DNA from: Bacteroidota bacterium
GTDB lineage: Bacteria > Bacillota > UBA4882 > JAAYXC01
Assembly: GCA_050260415.1 (NCBI GenBank)
Contig: JBLNCE010000055.1
Coordinates: 29,621-93,620, forward strand
Direction of reading: 5' to 3'
Length of the DNA: 64,000 bases
Numbering within the stretch: the stretch's first letter is position 1; each line of letters begins with the position of its first letter. Made by a program: the position numbers and the translations under genes. The notes under the pieces were generated by a model. It saw nothing but the letters and a program-made list of their open reading frames with translations, made no database searches and was not told the origin of the DNA. Below are positions 55,220-64,000 of this stretch, piece after piece.

Positions 55220-56851
55220 ATGAGCGATAAACGAAACGTCCTAATCCTCTTTACTGACCAACAACGCTATGACACGGTCAACGCGGCGGGTTATCCCCAC
55301 ATGATCACGCCCAATCTGGACCGGCTGGCCGCCGAGGGGTGCCTCTACGCGAACGCTCATTCCACCAACCCCGTCTGCATGCCGGCGCGCCACGATCTCT
55401 TGACCGGCCTGCCCGGCCGCGCGCACGGCTACTTTACCAACTCCCGGCAGACCATCAAGGACTACAGTCTGCCCACCATTCCCCGGATCTTTTCCGAAAA
55501 CGGTTACCGGACGGCCGCCATCGGGAAGATGCATTTTCGGCCCGCCCGCATGCACCATGGGTTCGGGGAGATGTTCCTCATGGAGGAACTCCCCAAGTGC
55601 CGCCAGGACGATCAGTACGCGACCTTTCTTGAGGCCGAGGGATTGGGCCATATCCAGAATATCCACGGCGTGCGGCCCCACATCTACAACCTGCCCCAGA
55701 ACTCCCAGATGGACGAGGCGCACCACGGTTCGACCTGGGTGGCCAATAAGACCATCGACTGGCTGAAGACCAATAAGAACAAGCCGTTCTTCGTCATGGC
55801 CGGCTGGATCAGTCCCCACCCGCCCTGGCATCTGCCCCCGGAGTATCAGGGCCTCTACCGCGGCCGGGATCTTCCAGAGCCGGTCCCGCTTTCGCGGTCT
55901 TATCCCTTTGCGCGGGAGAAGAACGAGTGGTTCGGCGATCTGGACACACCCGAGGAAAAACGCCGGATCAGGGAGGCCTACTATGCGTCGATCACGATGG
56001 TCGATCGCAACATCGGCCGGGTTCTGGATTACTTGCGGGACGAGAACCTGATCGAGAACACGCTCGTCATCTTCACGTCCGATCACGGGGAGATGCTGCA
56101 GGACAAGGGGTTCTACACCAAGCAACTGCCCTATGACGGCTCGGTGCGCATCCCGTGCATCGTCAGGTACCCGGAGCGGTTCACGCCGGGCGCCGTCAGG
56201 GAAGAGTTCGCGGATCTCTTCGACATCATGCCCACCTGTCTGGATGTCTGCGGTCTGGCTTACAACGGGGACAAGTACAAGCTCCCCGGAGAGTCGCTCT
56301 GCGCGACGGCTCCGCAACGGGACCGCAACTTCCAAGTCTCCTCGTTCGGCATCGGTCTGGAAAGATGGGTCATGTGCCGGAACAAGCGGTACAAGTACAT
56401 CTACAACTACAACCGCGGCGCGGAGGAACTCTACGACATGCTCGACGACCCCGGCGAGACGGTCAACCTGATGGAGGCCGGGAACTATCCCGCGGAGGAG
56501 CATCGTGCGCTGAAGCAAAAGGCCCTGGAATACGAACGGGCCTGGGGGCCGGAGGGGCTTGCGGACGGTGATGCTTTCACGGTCCTGGACGGCGAGGAGT
56601 TCCACCCAAACATCTATGCGAAGCGCTCATTCTGGCAGAACCAGCAACTGCAGTACTTCGACGAGCGCAGCAACGAGGAGCGGGGTCGGGCGTTCATCAG
56701 GGAGATCCAACACGCCTATGCCAACGACGGCAACGCGGGCCGGGCCCTGTCCGAGGTCTTCAACGATCCCGAGTGGCGGGAAAGCTTCCGGGAGCATTGG
56801 CGTAAGTTCGGGACCGGTACGGAGATCGAGGATTTGCTGTTCAAGAAATAG
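55220..56851 (+). CDS. Sulfatase (S1), cytoplasmic, paralog B of 49647-51275
   Basis: [19 protein letters not shown]; collinear with paralog A. Confidence 0.93.
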   Translation: MSDKRNVLILFTDQQRYDTVNAAGYPHMITPNLDRLAAEGCLYANAHSTNPVCMPARHDLLTGLPGRAHGYFTNSRQTIKDYSLPTIPRIFSENGYRTAAIGKMHFRPARMHHGFGEMFLMEELPKCRQDDQYATFLEAEGLGHIQNIHGVRPHIYNLPQNSQMDEAHHGSTWVANKTIDWLKTNKNKPFFVMAGWISPHPPWHLPPEYQGLYRGRDLPEPVPLSRSYPFAREKNEWFGDLDTPEEKRRIREAYYASITMVDRNIGRVLDYLRDENLIENTLVIFTSDHGEMLQDKGFYTKQLPYDGSVRIPCIVRYPERFTPGAVREEFADLFDIMPTCLDVCGLAYNGDKYKLPGESLCATAPQRDRNFQVSSFGIGLERWVMCRNKRYKYIYNYNRGAEELYDMLDDPGETVNLMEAGNYPAEEHRALKQKALEYERAWGPEGLADGDAFTVLDGEEFHPNIYAKRSFWQNQQLQYFDERSNEERGRAFIREIQHAYANDGNAGRALSEVFNDPEWRESFREHWRKFGTGTEIEDLLFKK

Positions 56852-58307
56852 ACAAATACCGATCGCACTCCCGGGCCGCGCCGCGTCCGTCGGCGATCGC
56901 CCAAGCCACCAGGCTCTGGCCGCGGCGCATGTCTCCCGCCACGAAGATGCCGGGCACGTTCGTGGCGTAGCGGTCTGGCTCCGTCCGTACGTTGGTCCGC
57001 TCATCGCGGGCGATCCCCAGTTGCGTGAGGAGTCCATCCTCGGGCCCCAAGAACCCCATGGCCAGGAGCACGAGCTGGGCCGGCCGCACCTGTTCGGTGC
57101 CCGCGATCTCCCGCGGTACCATGCGGCCGTTCTCCGCCGACCATGCCACCTGCACGGTATGGACCTCCTTGACCCGGCCGTGCTCATCGCTTACGAAACG
57201 CTTGGTTCGGGTGCAGTAGACCCGCGGATCGCCACCGTGGAGCGCGGCCGCTTCCTCCTGGCCGTAGTCCAGCTTGTAGACTTTGGGCCACTGCGGCCAG
57301 GGATTATCCGCCGCACGCGCTTCCGGGGGCCGGGGCATGATCTCGAGCTGGGTGACGCTCCGGCAGCCCTGCCGCAGCGCCGTGGCCACGCAATCGGTAC
57401 CGGTATCGCCGCCGCCGACGATCAGGACGTCCCGGTCACGCGCGGAGATATAGCCTTCATCCCCGCCGCCATTGAGGAGCCGCTCCGTATTGCCCCTGAG
57501 GAAATCCAGGGCGAAATGGATCCCGCCGAGACTCCTCCCCTCGACCGGCAGGTCGCGCGGTCTTGTGGCCCCCCCGCAGAGGACGATCGCGTCGAACTCA
57601 GCGCGCAGGCGGTCCGCCGCGTAGTCCCCGCCAACCTCCGTGTTGGTTATGAACTCCACCCCCTCCGCGGCCATGAGGTCCACGCGGCGCCGCACGAGGC
57701 CCTTGTCCAGCTTCATGTTGGGAATGCCGTAGATGAGCAGCCCGCCGATGCGGTCCGCACGCTCAAAGACGGTGACTTTGTGCCCCGCCCGGTTGAGCTG
57801 CGCGGCGCAGGCCAGGCCCGCGGGACCGGATCCGATCACCGCCACCTTTTTACCGGTGCGCATCGGGGGCGGTTCCGGCACGATCCAACCCTCGGCGAAG
57901 GCCCGGTCGATAATCGCGCATTCATTGTTCTTGATCGTCACCTGCGGCCCATTGAGGCCGAGGGTGCAGGAGCCCTCGCAGGGAGCGGGACAGACCCGGC
58001 CGGTAAATTCCGGGAAACTGTTCGTCTTGAGCAGGCGTTTGGCTGCCTCGCGCCAGAGGCCCAGATAGATCAGATCGTTCCACTCGGGGATCAGGTTGCC
58101 GGGCGGACAGCCGGAAGCCATCCCCGCGAGCAGCAGGCCGGAGTGGCAGAACGGCGTACCGCAGTCCATGCACCGGGCGCCTTGCGTCCGCATGGTCTCC
58201 TCGGGCAGCCGCCCGTGGAACTCGTCCCAATCCTTCACCCGCTCTAGCGGGGGGCGATCCTCCGGCAACATGCGCGCGTATTCAAGAAACCCGGTGGGTT
58301 TGCCCAT
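56841..58307 (-). CDS. gltD: Glutamate synthase small subunit
   Basis: [57 protein letters not shown]. Confidence 0.96.
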   Translation of the reverse strand: MGKPTGFLEYARMLPEDRPPLERVKDWDEFHGRLPEETMRTQGARCMDCGTPFCHSGLLLAGMASGCPPGNLIPEWNDLIYLGLWREAAKRLLKTNSFPEFTGRVCPAPCEGSCTLGLNGPQVTIKNNECAIIDRAFAEGWIVPEPPPMRTGKKVAVIGSGPAGLACAAQLNRAGHKVTVFERADRIGGLLIYGIPNMKLDKGLVRRRVDLMAAEGVEFITNTEVGGDYAADRLRAEFDAIVLCGGATRPRDLPVEGRSLGGIHFALDFLRGNTERLLNGGGDEGYISARDRDVLIVGGGDTGTDCVATALRQGCRSVTQLEIMPRPPEARAADNPWPQWPKVYKLDYGQEEAAALHGGDPRVYCTRTKRFVSDEHGRVKEVHTVQVAWSAENGRMVPREIAGTEQVRPAQLVLLAMGFLGPEDGLLTQLGIARDERTNVRTEPDRYATNVPGIFVAGDMRRGQSLVAWAIADGRGAARECDRYLSIS

Positions 58308-58337
58308 GCTGGATTCCTCCGATCGAATATCGGGTGA

Positions 58338-58432
58338 TAGGCAAAGGGCAAGAGGCAAAAGTAAGAACCCTTGAGAGGTGTCTCCTGGCTACACTGTGTT
58401 GGTCTTCATCGCTTGCCTTTTGCCTGCCCTTA
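58338..58432. repeat. Heptamer (AGGCAAA/TTTGCCT) inverted repeats in the gltB-gltD spacer
   Basis: AGGCAAA GGGCAAG AGGCAAA ... CTTGCCT TTTGCCT. Confidence 0.6.
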
Positions 58433-61400
58433 ATTTCCACTCACCCTCGACATATCGCCCTTGTTTTCCTCGAAGGCGGCCATGGTGGCTTCGTCACCGC
58501 TGAGTCCGGCCTGCCGCATGAGCGTTAGGGCCTTCAAGGCGCGCTTGTAATCCTTCGGCATCACCTTGACGATCTTCGGCACCGACTGCTCCCAACGCGC
58601 GAGGATTTTCTTTGCCGGGTTACTGCCGGTATAATCCAGATGACGCTGGATCATGTCCCGCACTTCCCGGATCTCCTCCTCTTCCGCCAGCGTTTCCAAC
58701 TCGACCATCTCCAAGTTGCACCGGCGGGCGAGATCCCCCTTCTCATCCAGCACATAGGCGACGCCGCCCGACATGCCCGCGGCGAAGTTGCGGCCCGTGG
58801 TCCCAAGGACCACGACCCGTCCGCCGGTCATATACTCGCAGCCGTGGTCCCCGACCCCTTCGACGACCGCGTGCGCGCCGCTGTTGCGGACGCAGAAGCG
58901 CTCACCGGCGATGCCGCGGATGTACGCCTCGCCGCCCGTGGCCCCGTAGAGGGCCACGTTTCCGACGAGGATGTTTTCCTCGGGCACGAAGGTCGCCCCC
59001 CCCGGCGGGTAGACGATCACTTTGCCGCCGGAGAGCCCTTTGCCGAGATAATCGTTGGCGTCCCCCTCGAGGATCAGGGTGACGCCCCTGGGGATGAAGG
59101 CGCCGAAGCTCTGGCCGGCCGACCCCTTGAAAATCAGGCGGATGGTGTCTTCCGGCAGCCCCTCGGCGCCGTACTTCCGCGTAATCTCGCTGCCGAGCAT
59201 GGTGCCAACCACGCGGTCCGTGTTGCGAATGGGCAGGATTGCCCGGACGGGCTTTTTCTCGTCCAAGGCGGGCGCGCAGATCTCGAGCAGGACCCGCCGG
59301 TCGAGGGAGGCCTCCAAGCCGTGGTCCTGATGGATAAGCTGCCGCCGGCCGACGTTTGGCGGAACCGCGGGCTGATACAGGATGCCGCTGAAGTCAAGCC
59401 CTTTTGTCTTCCAGTGTCCGCTCTCGGCCGGTTCCAGTCTATCCACCCGGCCGATCATCTCGTCCATGGTATGGAAGCCCAGTTCAGCCATGATTTCGCG
59501 CACCTCTTCGGCCACGAAACGCATGAAGTTGACCACGTGGCGCGGATCGCCGGCAAAGCGCCTCCGGAGTTCGGGATTCTGGGTCGCCACGCCCACCGGG
59601 CAGGTATCAAGGTTGCAGATCCGCATCATGACGCAGCCCAGCACCACCAACGGCGCGGTGGCGAAGCCGAATTCCTCCGCTCCGAGCAGCGCCGCGACCG
59701 CCACATCCCGCCCGGTCATGAGTTTACCGTCCGCCTCAAGCCTCACGCGGCTGCGTAAATCGTTCAGCAGCAGCGTCTGGTGCGTCTCCGCCAAACCCAG
59801 TTCCCACGGCAGGCCCGCGTGGCGGATGCTGGTCCGGGGCGAGGCGCCCGTGCCCCCGTCGTAGCCGCTGATTAGGATCACGTCGGCTCTGCCCTTGGCA
59901 ACCCCGGCCGCGATGGTGCCGACACCGACCTCGGAGACCAGTTTCACGCTGATGCGGGCTTGCGGATTGGCGTTTTTGAGGTCGTGGATCAGCTCCGCCA
60001 AATCCTCGATCGAGTAGATATCGTGGTGCGGCGGGGGCGAGATCAGGCCGACCCCGGGCGTGGCATGGCGTACGCGGGCAATCCACGGATAGACCTTGCG
60101 GCCGGGCAGCTGGCCGCCTTCGCCCGGTTTGGCTCCTTGCGCGATCTTGATCTGTATCTCCTGGGCGCTCAGGAGATACTCGCTAGTTACGCCGAACCTT
60201 CCGGAGGCCACTTGTTTGATGGCGCTGCAACGGGAATCCCCGTTCGGCTCCGGCTTGAACCGCGCCGGATCCTCGCCGCCCTCGCCGGAGTTGCTCTTGC
60301 CGCCGAGACGGTTCATGGCCAGGGCCAGGCACTCATGGGCCTCCTGGCTGATGGAACCGTAAGACATGGCGCCGGTCTTGAAACGGCGGCAGATGGACTC
60401 CACGGACTCGACCTCCGCGAGCGGGAGGGGGTTGACATCCTTTTTGAACTTGAGCAATCCTCGCAGCGTATAGAGCCTTTGGCTCTGGTCGTTGATCGAA
60501 CGGGCATACTCCTTGTAGAGCTCATAATCCTCCGTGCGGCAAGCCTGCTGCAGTTTGTGGATGGATACGGGATTGTACAGATGGTATTCCCCGTCCCGGC
60601 GCCACTGGTATTGTCCTCGACTCTCAAGGGCCCCTTCCGCCGCGGCCCCCCCTTCGAAAGCAAAGGCCGCCGCGTGGCGCATGCACGCCTCGCGGGCGAT
60701 TACATCCAGCCCGACGCCGCCCACGCGTGACGGCGTCCAGGTAAAATACCGCTCCACGATCGAGTTGTGCAGTCCGACCGCCTCAAAGATCTGCGCGCCC
60801 TGGTAACCCTGGATCGTCGAGATGCCCATCTTGCTCAGGACTTTGAGCACCCCTTTGGTTGCGGCTTTGATGTAGCGTTTGACGGCTTTTTCGTAATCGA
60901 TCCCGCCGATCAGGCCCGCCTTAAGCGAGGCAAACGCAAGGTAGGGGTTGACGGCGGAGACGCCGTAGCCGAGCAAGAGGGCGAAATGATGGACTTCGCG
61001 CGGTTCGCCGCTCTCGAGGACCAGGCTGACCTGAGTCCGGGTGCCCTCGCGGATCAGGTGATGATGCAGGCCCGAAACGGCCAATAAAGCCGGGATTGGC
61101 GCCTGCGCCGGGCCCAGATCCCGGTCGGACAGGATGAGGATGTTCGCTCCCTCCCGGATCCTCTCGTCCGCGGCTTGGCAGAGTGCGTCCATGGCCTTGA
61201 CGAGCCCTTGCTCTCCTTGCTCGGGGCGGAAGAGGATCGGCAGGACGGCGGGCTTAAAACCGGGGCGGTCGATCGCGCGCAGCTTTGCCAGTTCGCCGTC
61301 GGTCAGAATCGGCGTCTGCAACTTGATCTGCCGGCAGCTCTCGGGGACCGGCGCCAGCAGCTTGCCCTCGGAGCCTATCATCGTCTCGGTGGAGGTCACG

Positions 61401-63022
61401 ATCTCCTCCCGGAGAGCGTCGATCGGCGGATTGGTCACCTGCGCAAAGAGCTGTTTGAAATAATCGTAAAGCAGCTGCGGTTTTTCGGAAAGCACGGCCA
61501 AGGGCGTATCGTTGCCCATCGCCCCCACGGGATCGATCGCATCGCGGGCCATGGGGCCGATCACCAGCCGCAGGTCCTCGTAACTATAGCCAAACGCCTT
61601 TTGCTTGCGGAGCAGATCTTCGGGCGCCATCGGCCCGGCGGTTTCGGCCCCCGGCAGATCCTCCAGCTTGACCTGGTATTCGTTCAACCAAGCACGGTAC
61701 GGATGCGCGGCGGCCATCTTGTGTTTGAGCTCGTCGTCAGCGATGATCCGTCCTTCCTCCGTATCGATGAGCAGCATCCGTCCGGGCTGAAGGCGGCCCT
61801 TGTAGGCCACACGATCCGGCGGCAGATCGATGACGCCGGCTTCCGAGGCCATGATGACCAGGTCGTCCTTGGTCACGTAATACCGGGAAGGACGCAAACC
61901 GTTGCGGTCGAGAACCGCCCCGACCTGTACCCCGTCCGTGAAGGCGATGGCGGCCGGACCGTCCCACGGCTCCATGAGGCAGCTGTGATACTCGTAAAAC
62001 GCCTTTTTCTCATCGCTCATCGTCTCGTTGTTCGTCCACGGCTCCGGGATCATCATCATCACCGCATGCGGGAGGGATCGGCCGGCCAGCACGAGGAACT
62101 CGAGGCTGTTGTCGAAGATGGCCGAGTCGCTGCCGTCCGTGTCGATCACCGGCAGGACATGCTCCAGGTCTTTTCCGAAGAAGGGGGACTCGAAGGTGGA
62201 CTGGCGCGCGTACATCCAGTTGATGTTGCCGCGCAGCGTGTTAATCTCGCCGTTATGGATTATATATCGGTAGGGATGCGCCCGTTCCCAGCTGGGAAAG
62301 GTATTGGTGCTGTAACGGGAGTGGACCAAAGCCAGGGCGCTCGCCAGGGCGGGATCCGCGAGGTCGAGATAGAACTCGCCGACCTGCGCCGCTGTGAGCA
62401 TGCCCTTATAAACCATGGTTTTGCAGGAGAGGCTGGCGATGTAGAACCATTGGCCGCCTTTGGTGCGGGCGTTCCGGATGGCCTTCTCGGCCCTTCGGCG
62501 GATGACATAGAGGTTTCGCTCAAAGCTCAAGTCGTCTTGGAGATCGGGGTTGCGCCAGATGAAGGCCTGGCGGATAAAGGGTTTGGTCGACCTTGCCGTG
62601 GCCCCTAGCTTCCGGTCGTCCGTGGGCACCGTCCGCCAGCCGAGGAAGCCTTGACCCTCCTCCTTCACGATCTTCTCGAACGTCTCTTCGCAGGCTTCGC
62701 GTTCCTCGTCGTCCGGCGGCAGGAAGACCATGCCGACGGCGTATTTGCCCGCCGGGGGCAGATGCAGATGCTGCGCAGCACAGGCCGAGCGGAGGAAAGT
62801 ATCCGGGATCTGCAGGAGGATGCCGGCGCCGTCGCCTGTATTCGGCTCGCTCCCGCTGCCGCCGCGATGGCTGAGATTGATGAGGATCGTCAGCGCCTGG
62901 CGCACGATCTCGTGAGATTTGCGGCCTTTGATGTCCACGGCGAAGCCGATGCCGCAGGCGTCGTGCTCGAAACGGGGGTCGTAGAGCCCCTGTTTTGGGG
63001 GCCGGCCGGTTCTCATCTTCAT
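58430..63022 (-). CDS. gltB: Glutamate synthase large subunit
   Basis: [67 protein letters not shown]. Confidence 0.98.
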   Translation of the reverse strand: MKMRTGRPPKQGLYDPRFEHDACGIGFAVDIKGRKSHEIVRQALTILINLSHRGGSGSEPNTGDGAGILLQIPDTFLRSACAAQHLHLPPAGKYAVGMVFLPPDDEEREACEETFEKIVKEEGQGFLGWRTVPTDDRKLGATARSTKPFIRQAFIWRNPDLQDDLSFERNLYVIRRRAEKAIRNARTKGGQWFYIASLSCKTMVYKGMLTAAQVGEFYLDLADPALASALALVHSRYSTNTFPSWERAHPYRYIIHNGEINTLRGNINWMYARQSTFESPFFGKDLEHVLPVIDTDGSDSAIFDNSLEFLVLAGRSLPHAVMMMIPEPWTNNETMSDEKKAFYEYHSCLMEPWDGPAAIAFTDGVQVGAVLDRNGLRPSRYYVTKDDLVIMASEAGVIDLPPDRVAYKGRLQPGRMLLIDTEEGRIIADDELKHKMAAAHPYRAWLNEYQVKLEDLPGAETAGPMAPEDLLRKQKAFGYSYEDLRLVIGPMARDAIDPVGAMGNDTPLAVLSEKPQLLYDYFKQLFAQVTNPPIDALREEIVTSTETMIGSEGKLLAPVPESCRQIKLQTPILTDGELAKLRAIDRPGFKPAVLPILFRPEQGEQGLVKAMDALCQAADERIREGANILILSDRDLGPAQAPIPALLAVSGLHHHLIREGTRTQVSLVLESGEPREVHHFALLLGYGVSAVNPYLAFASLKAGLIGGIDYEKAVKRYIKAATKGVLKVLSKMGISTIQGYQGAQIFEAVGLHNSIVERYFTWTPSRVGGVGLDVIAREACMRHAAAFAFEGGAAAEGALESRGQYQWRRDGEYHLYNPVSIHKLQQACRTEDYELYKEYARSINDQSQRLYTLRGLLKFKKDVNPLPLAEVESVESICRRFKTGAMSYGSISQEAHECLALAMNRLGGKSNSGEGGEDPARFKPEPNGDSRCSAIKQVASGRFGVTSEYLLSAQEIQIKIAQGAKPGEGGQLPGRKVYPWIARVRHATPGVGLISPPPHHDIYSIEDLAELIHDLKNANPQARISVKLVSEVGVGTIAAGVAKGRADVILISGYDGGTGASPRTSIRHAGLPWELGLAETHQTLLLNDLRSRVRLEADGKLMTGRDVAVAALLGAEEFGFATAPLVVLGCVMMRICNLDTCPVGVATQNPELRRRFAGDPRHVVNFMRFVAEEVREIMAELGFHTMDEMIGRVDRLEPAESGHWKTKGLDFSGILYQPAVPPNVGRRQLIHQDHGLEASLDRRVLLEICAPALDEKKPVRAILPIRNTDRVVGTMLGSEITRKYGAEGLPEDTIRLIFKGSAGQSFGAFIPRGVTLILEGDANDYLGKGLSGGKVIVYPPGGATFVPEENILVGNVALYGATGGEAYIRGIAGERFCVRNSGAHAVVEGVGDHGCEYMTGGRVVVLGTTGRNFAAGMSGGVAYVLDEKGDLARRCNLEMVELETLAEEEEIREVRDMIQRHLDYTGSNPAKKILARWEQSVPKIVKVMPKDYKRALKALTLMRQAGLSGDEATMAAFEENKGDMSRVSGN

Positions 63023-63079
63023 GCTCGAAACCTCTCCATACGTGTTAGCCTCAACAATGGTTCCTTTTTGAACCGGGAA

Positions 63080-63937
63080 TCAGATCGACTCCATCGTTCC
63101 ATGTCCCAAGACCCGGCCTGGATTCCATCCGGTCGTACGCTTCGGGTATGCCTTGCCGCCCTTTACGGAGCCGCCGAGTTCCAGAGATACATCGTTGGCG
63201 GCCTTGATCACCGCCGGAACGAGGACATTGCGCAGCCTATCCCCCTCAATGCGCCCATCGGGCCCGGATATACTTACCGCGCATACGATCCGGCCCTCAT
63301 GGTTGCGTACCGGCGCGGCCGCGCAGCGCACGGCCGGCTCCATCTCCCCGAAGTCCAGCGCGTATCCCTCTTTCCTCACCTTGTCCAGTTCCTGGAGCAG
63401 CCGTTCCGGATCGGTAATCGTCCGCGTCGTGTAACGTTTGAGCACCCTGCCGCGCAGGAGATGTTCCAGTTCATCCTCGGAAAGCGCGGCCAAGAGCACC
63501 TTGCCCGAACCGGTGCAATATGCCGGCCCGCGGGAACCGAGGCGGGCGCGCATCTTGATCATGCTTTCCGCCTCAACCTGGTCGATATAGACGACGTCCA
63601 ATCCCTCCAACACGGCGAGATTGGCCGTTTCAGCACAACTCTGCGCCAATTTGCGCAGGTGCGGCCGGGCGATGGCCCTGATATCCAAGGACGCCAGGAA
63701 TGACGTCCCCACCTCCAAAGCCTTGAAACCCAAGGAGTAGCGACCCGTGACCGAATCCTGGCGCGCGAACCCGCGCGACATCAGCGTAGCCAGCAAGCGG
63801 TGCACCGTACTTCGGGTCAACTCAACCTCGGCGCTAATCTCGCCAAGGCTCATGGGGCCGCCTTCCCGGGCCATCGCTTCGAGGATAGCGAGGCTGCGGT
63901 CAACGGCCTGAACCACGTGGGATTTGCGTTCTGCCAC
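63080..63937 (-). CDS. IclR-family transcriptional regulator
   Basis: VQAVDRSL.IL, RSTVHRLL.TL, ETANL, YCTGSGKVLLA, VR..GYA, CAAAPV, AVSISGP. Confidence 0.93.
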   Translation of the reverse strand: MAERKSHVVQAVDRSLAILEAMAREGGPMSLGEISAEVELTRSTVHRLLATLMSRGFARQDSVTGRYSLGFKALEVGTSFLASLDIRAIARPHLRKLAQSCAETANLAVLEGLDVVYIDQVEAESMIKMRARLGSRGPAYCTGSGKVLLAALSEDELEHLLRGRVLKRYTTRTITDPERLLQELDKVRKEGYALDFGEMEPAVRCAAAPVRNHEGRIVCAVSISGPDGRIEGDRLRNVLVPAVIKAANDVSLELGGSVKGGKAYPKRTTGWNPGRVLGHGTMESI

Positions 63938-63963
63938 CAGCTATCCCTCCATTTCATGCAATC

Positions 63964-63973
63964 TTGTATACAA
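63964..63973. promoter_or_regulatory. Palindrome TTGTATACAA upstream of iclR
   Basis: Perfect 10-bp palindrome about 27 bp upstream of the start; resembles GntR/FadR-type boxes. Confidence 0.35.
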
Positions 63974-64000
63974 TGTGATGTTCACTTGGATCCTTGTATC

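Noticed and set aside
56559-63703. Long plus-strand ORFs (562, 372, 477 and 350 aa)
   Set aside because: Antisense shadows of gltD, gltB and iclR.

Overview
A GC-rich bacterial window that most likely comes from an endospore-forming, possibly diderm, Bacillota lineage (SigA-type rpoD, an H-type SASP, lplB/lplC/YesS-type transport genes, solute-binding proteins without a lipobox). It is dominated by carbohydrate catabolism. (1) 2.5-18.8 kb: a ROK-regulated amino-sugar operon (SIS deaminase, NagA-like deacetylase, ABC importer, PPi-type PFK, class II aldolase, FucI-like isomerase, divergent TPI, divergent LarA, small membrane protein, TauE exporter). It has no C6 kinase and several C6-phosphate-binding residues are altered. 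This is the best candidate for an undescribed pathway, possibly for a 6-sulfo- or 6-deoxy-amino sugar. A decayed paralogous copy lies directly upstream. (2) A stand-alone rpoD/sigA with a perfect promoter. (3) A minus-strand sugar ABC + oxidoreductase + URO-D-like operon. (4) 27.5-56.9 kb: a Gram-positive polysaccharide-utilisation locus with GH57, four cytoplasmic sulfatases, three secreted GH74-like propeller proteins, a purple acid phosphatase, four DNRLRE/CBM96-like modules, a low-GC ABC/AraC block, an enolase-family dehydratase, GH4 and an amidohydrolase. (5) iclR-gltB-gltD. Intergenic spacers hold several families of palindromic mini-elements, some nested, with readable target-site duplications. 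I saw no CRISPR array, rRNA, tRNA, transposase or prophage. All family calls come from motif recognition by eye; no searches were run.
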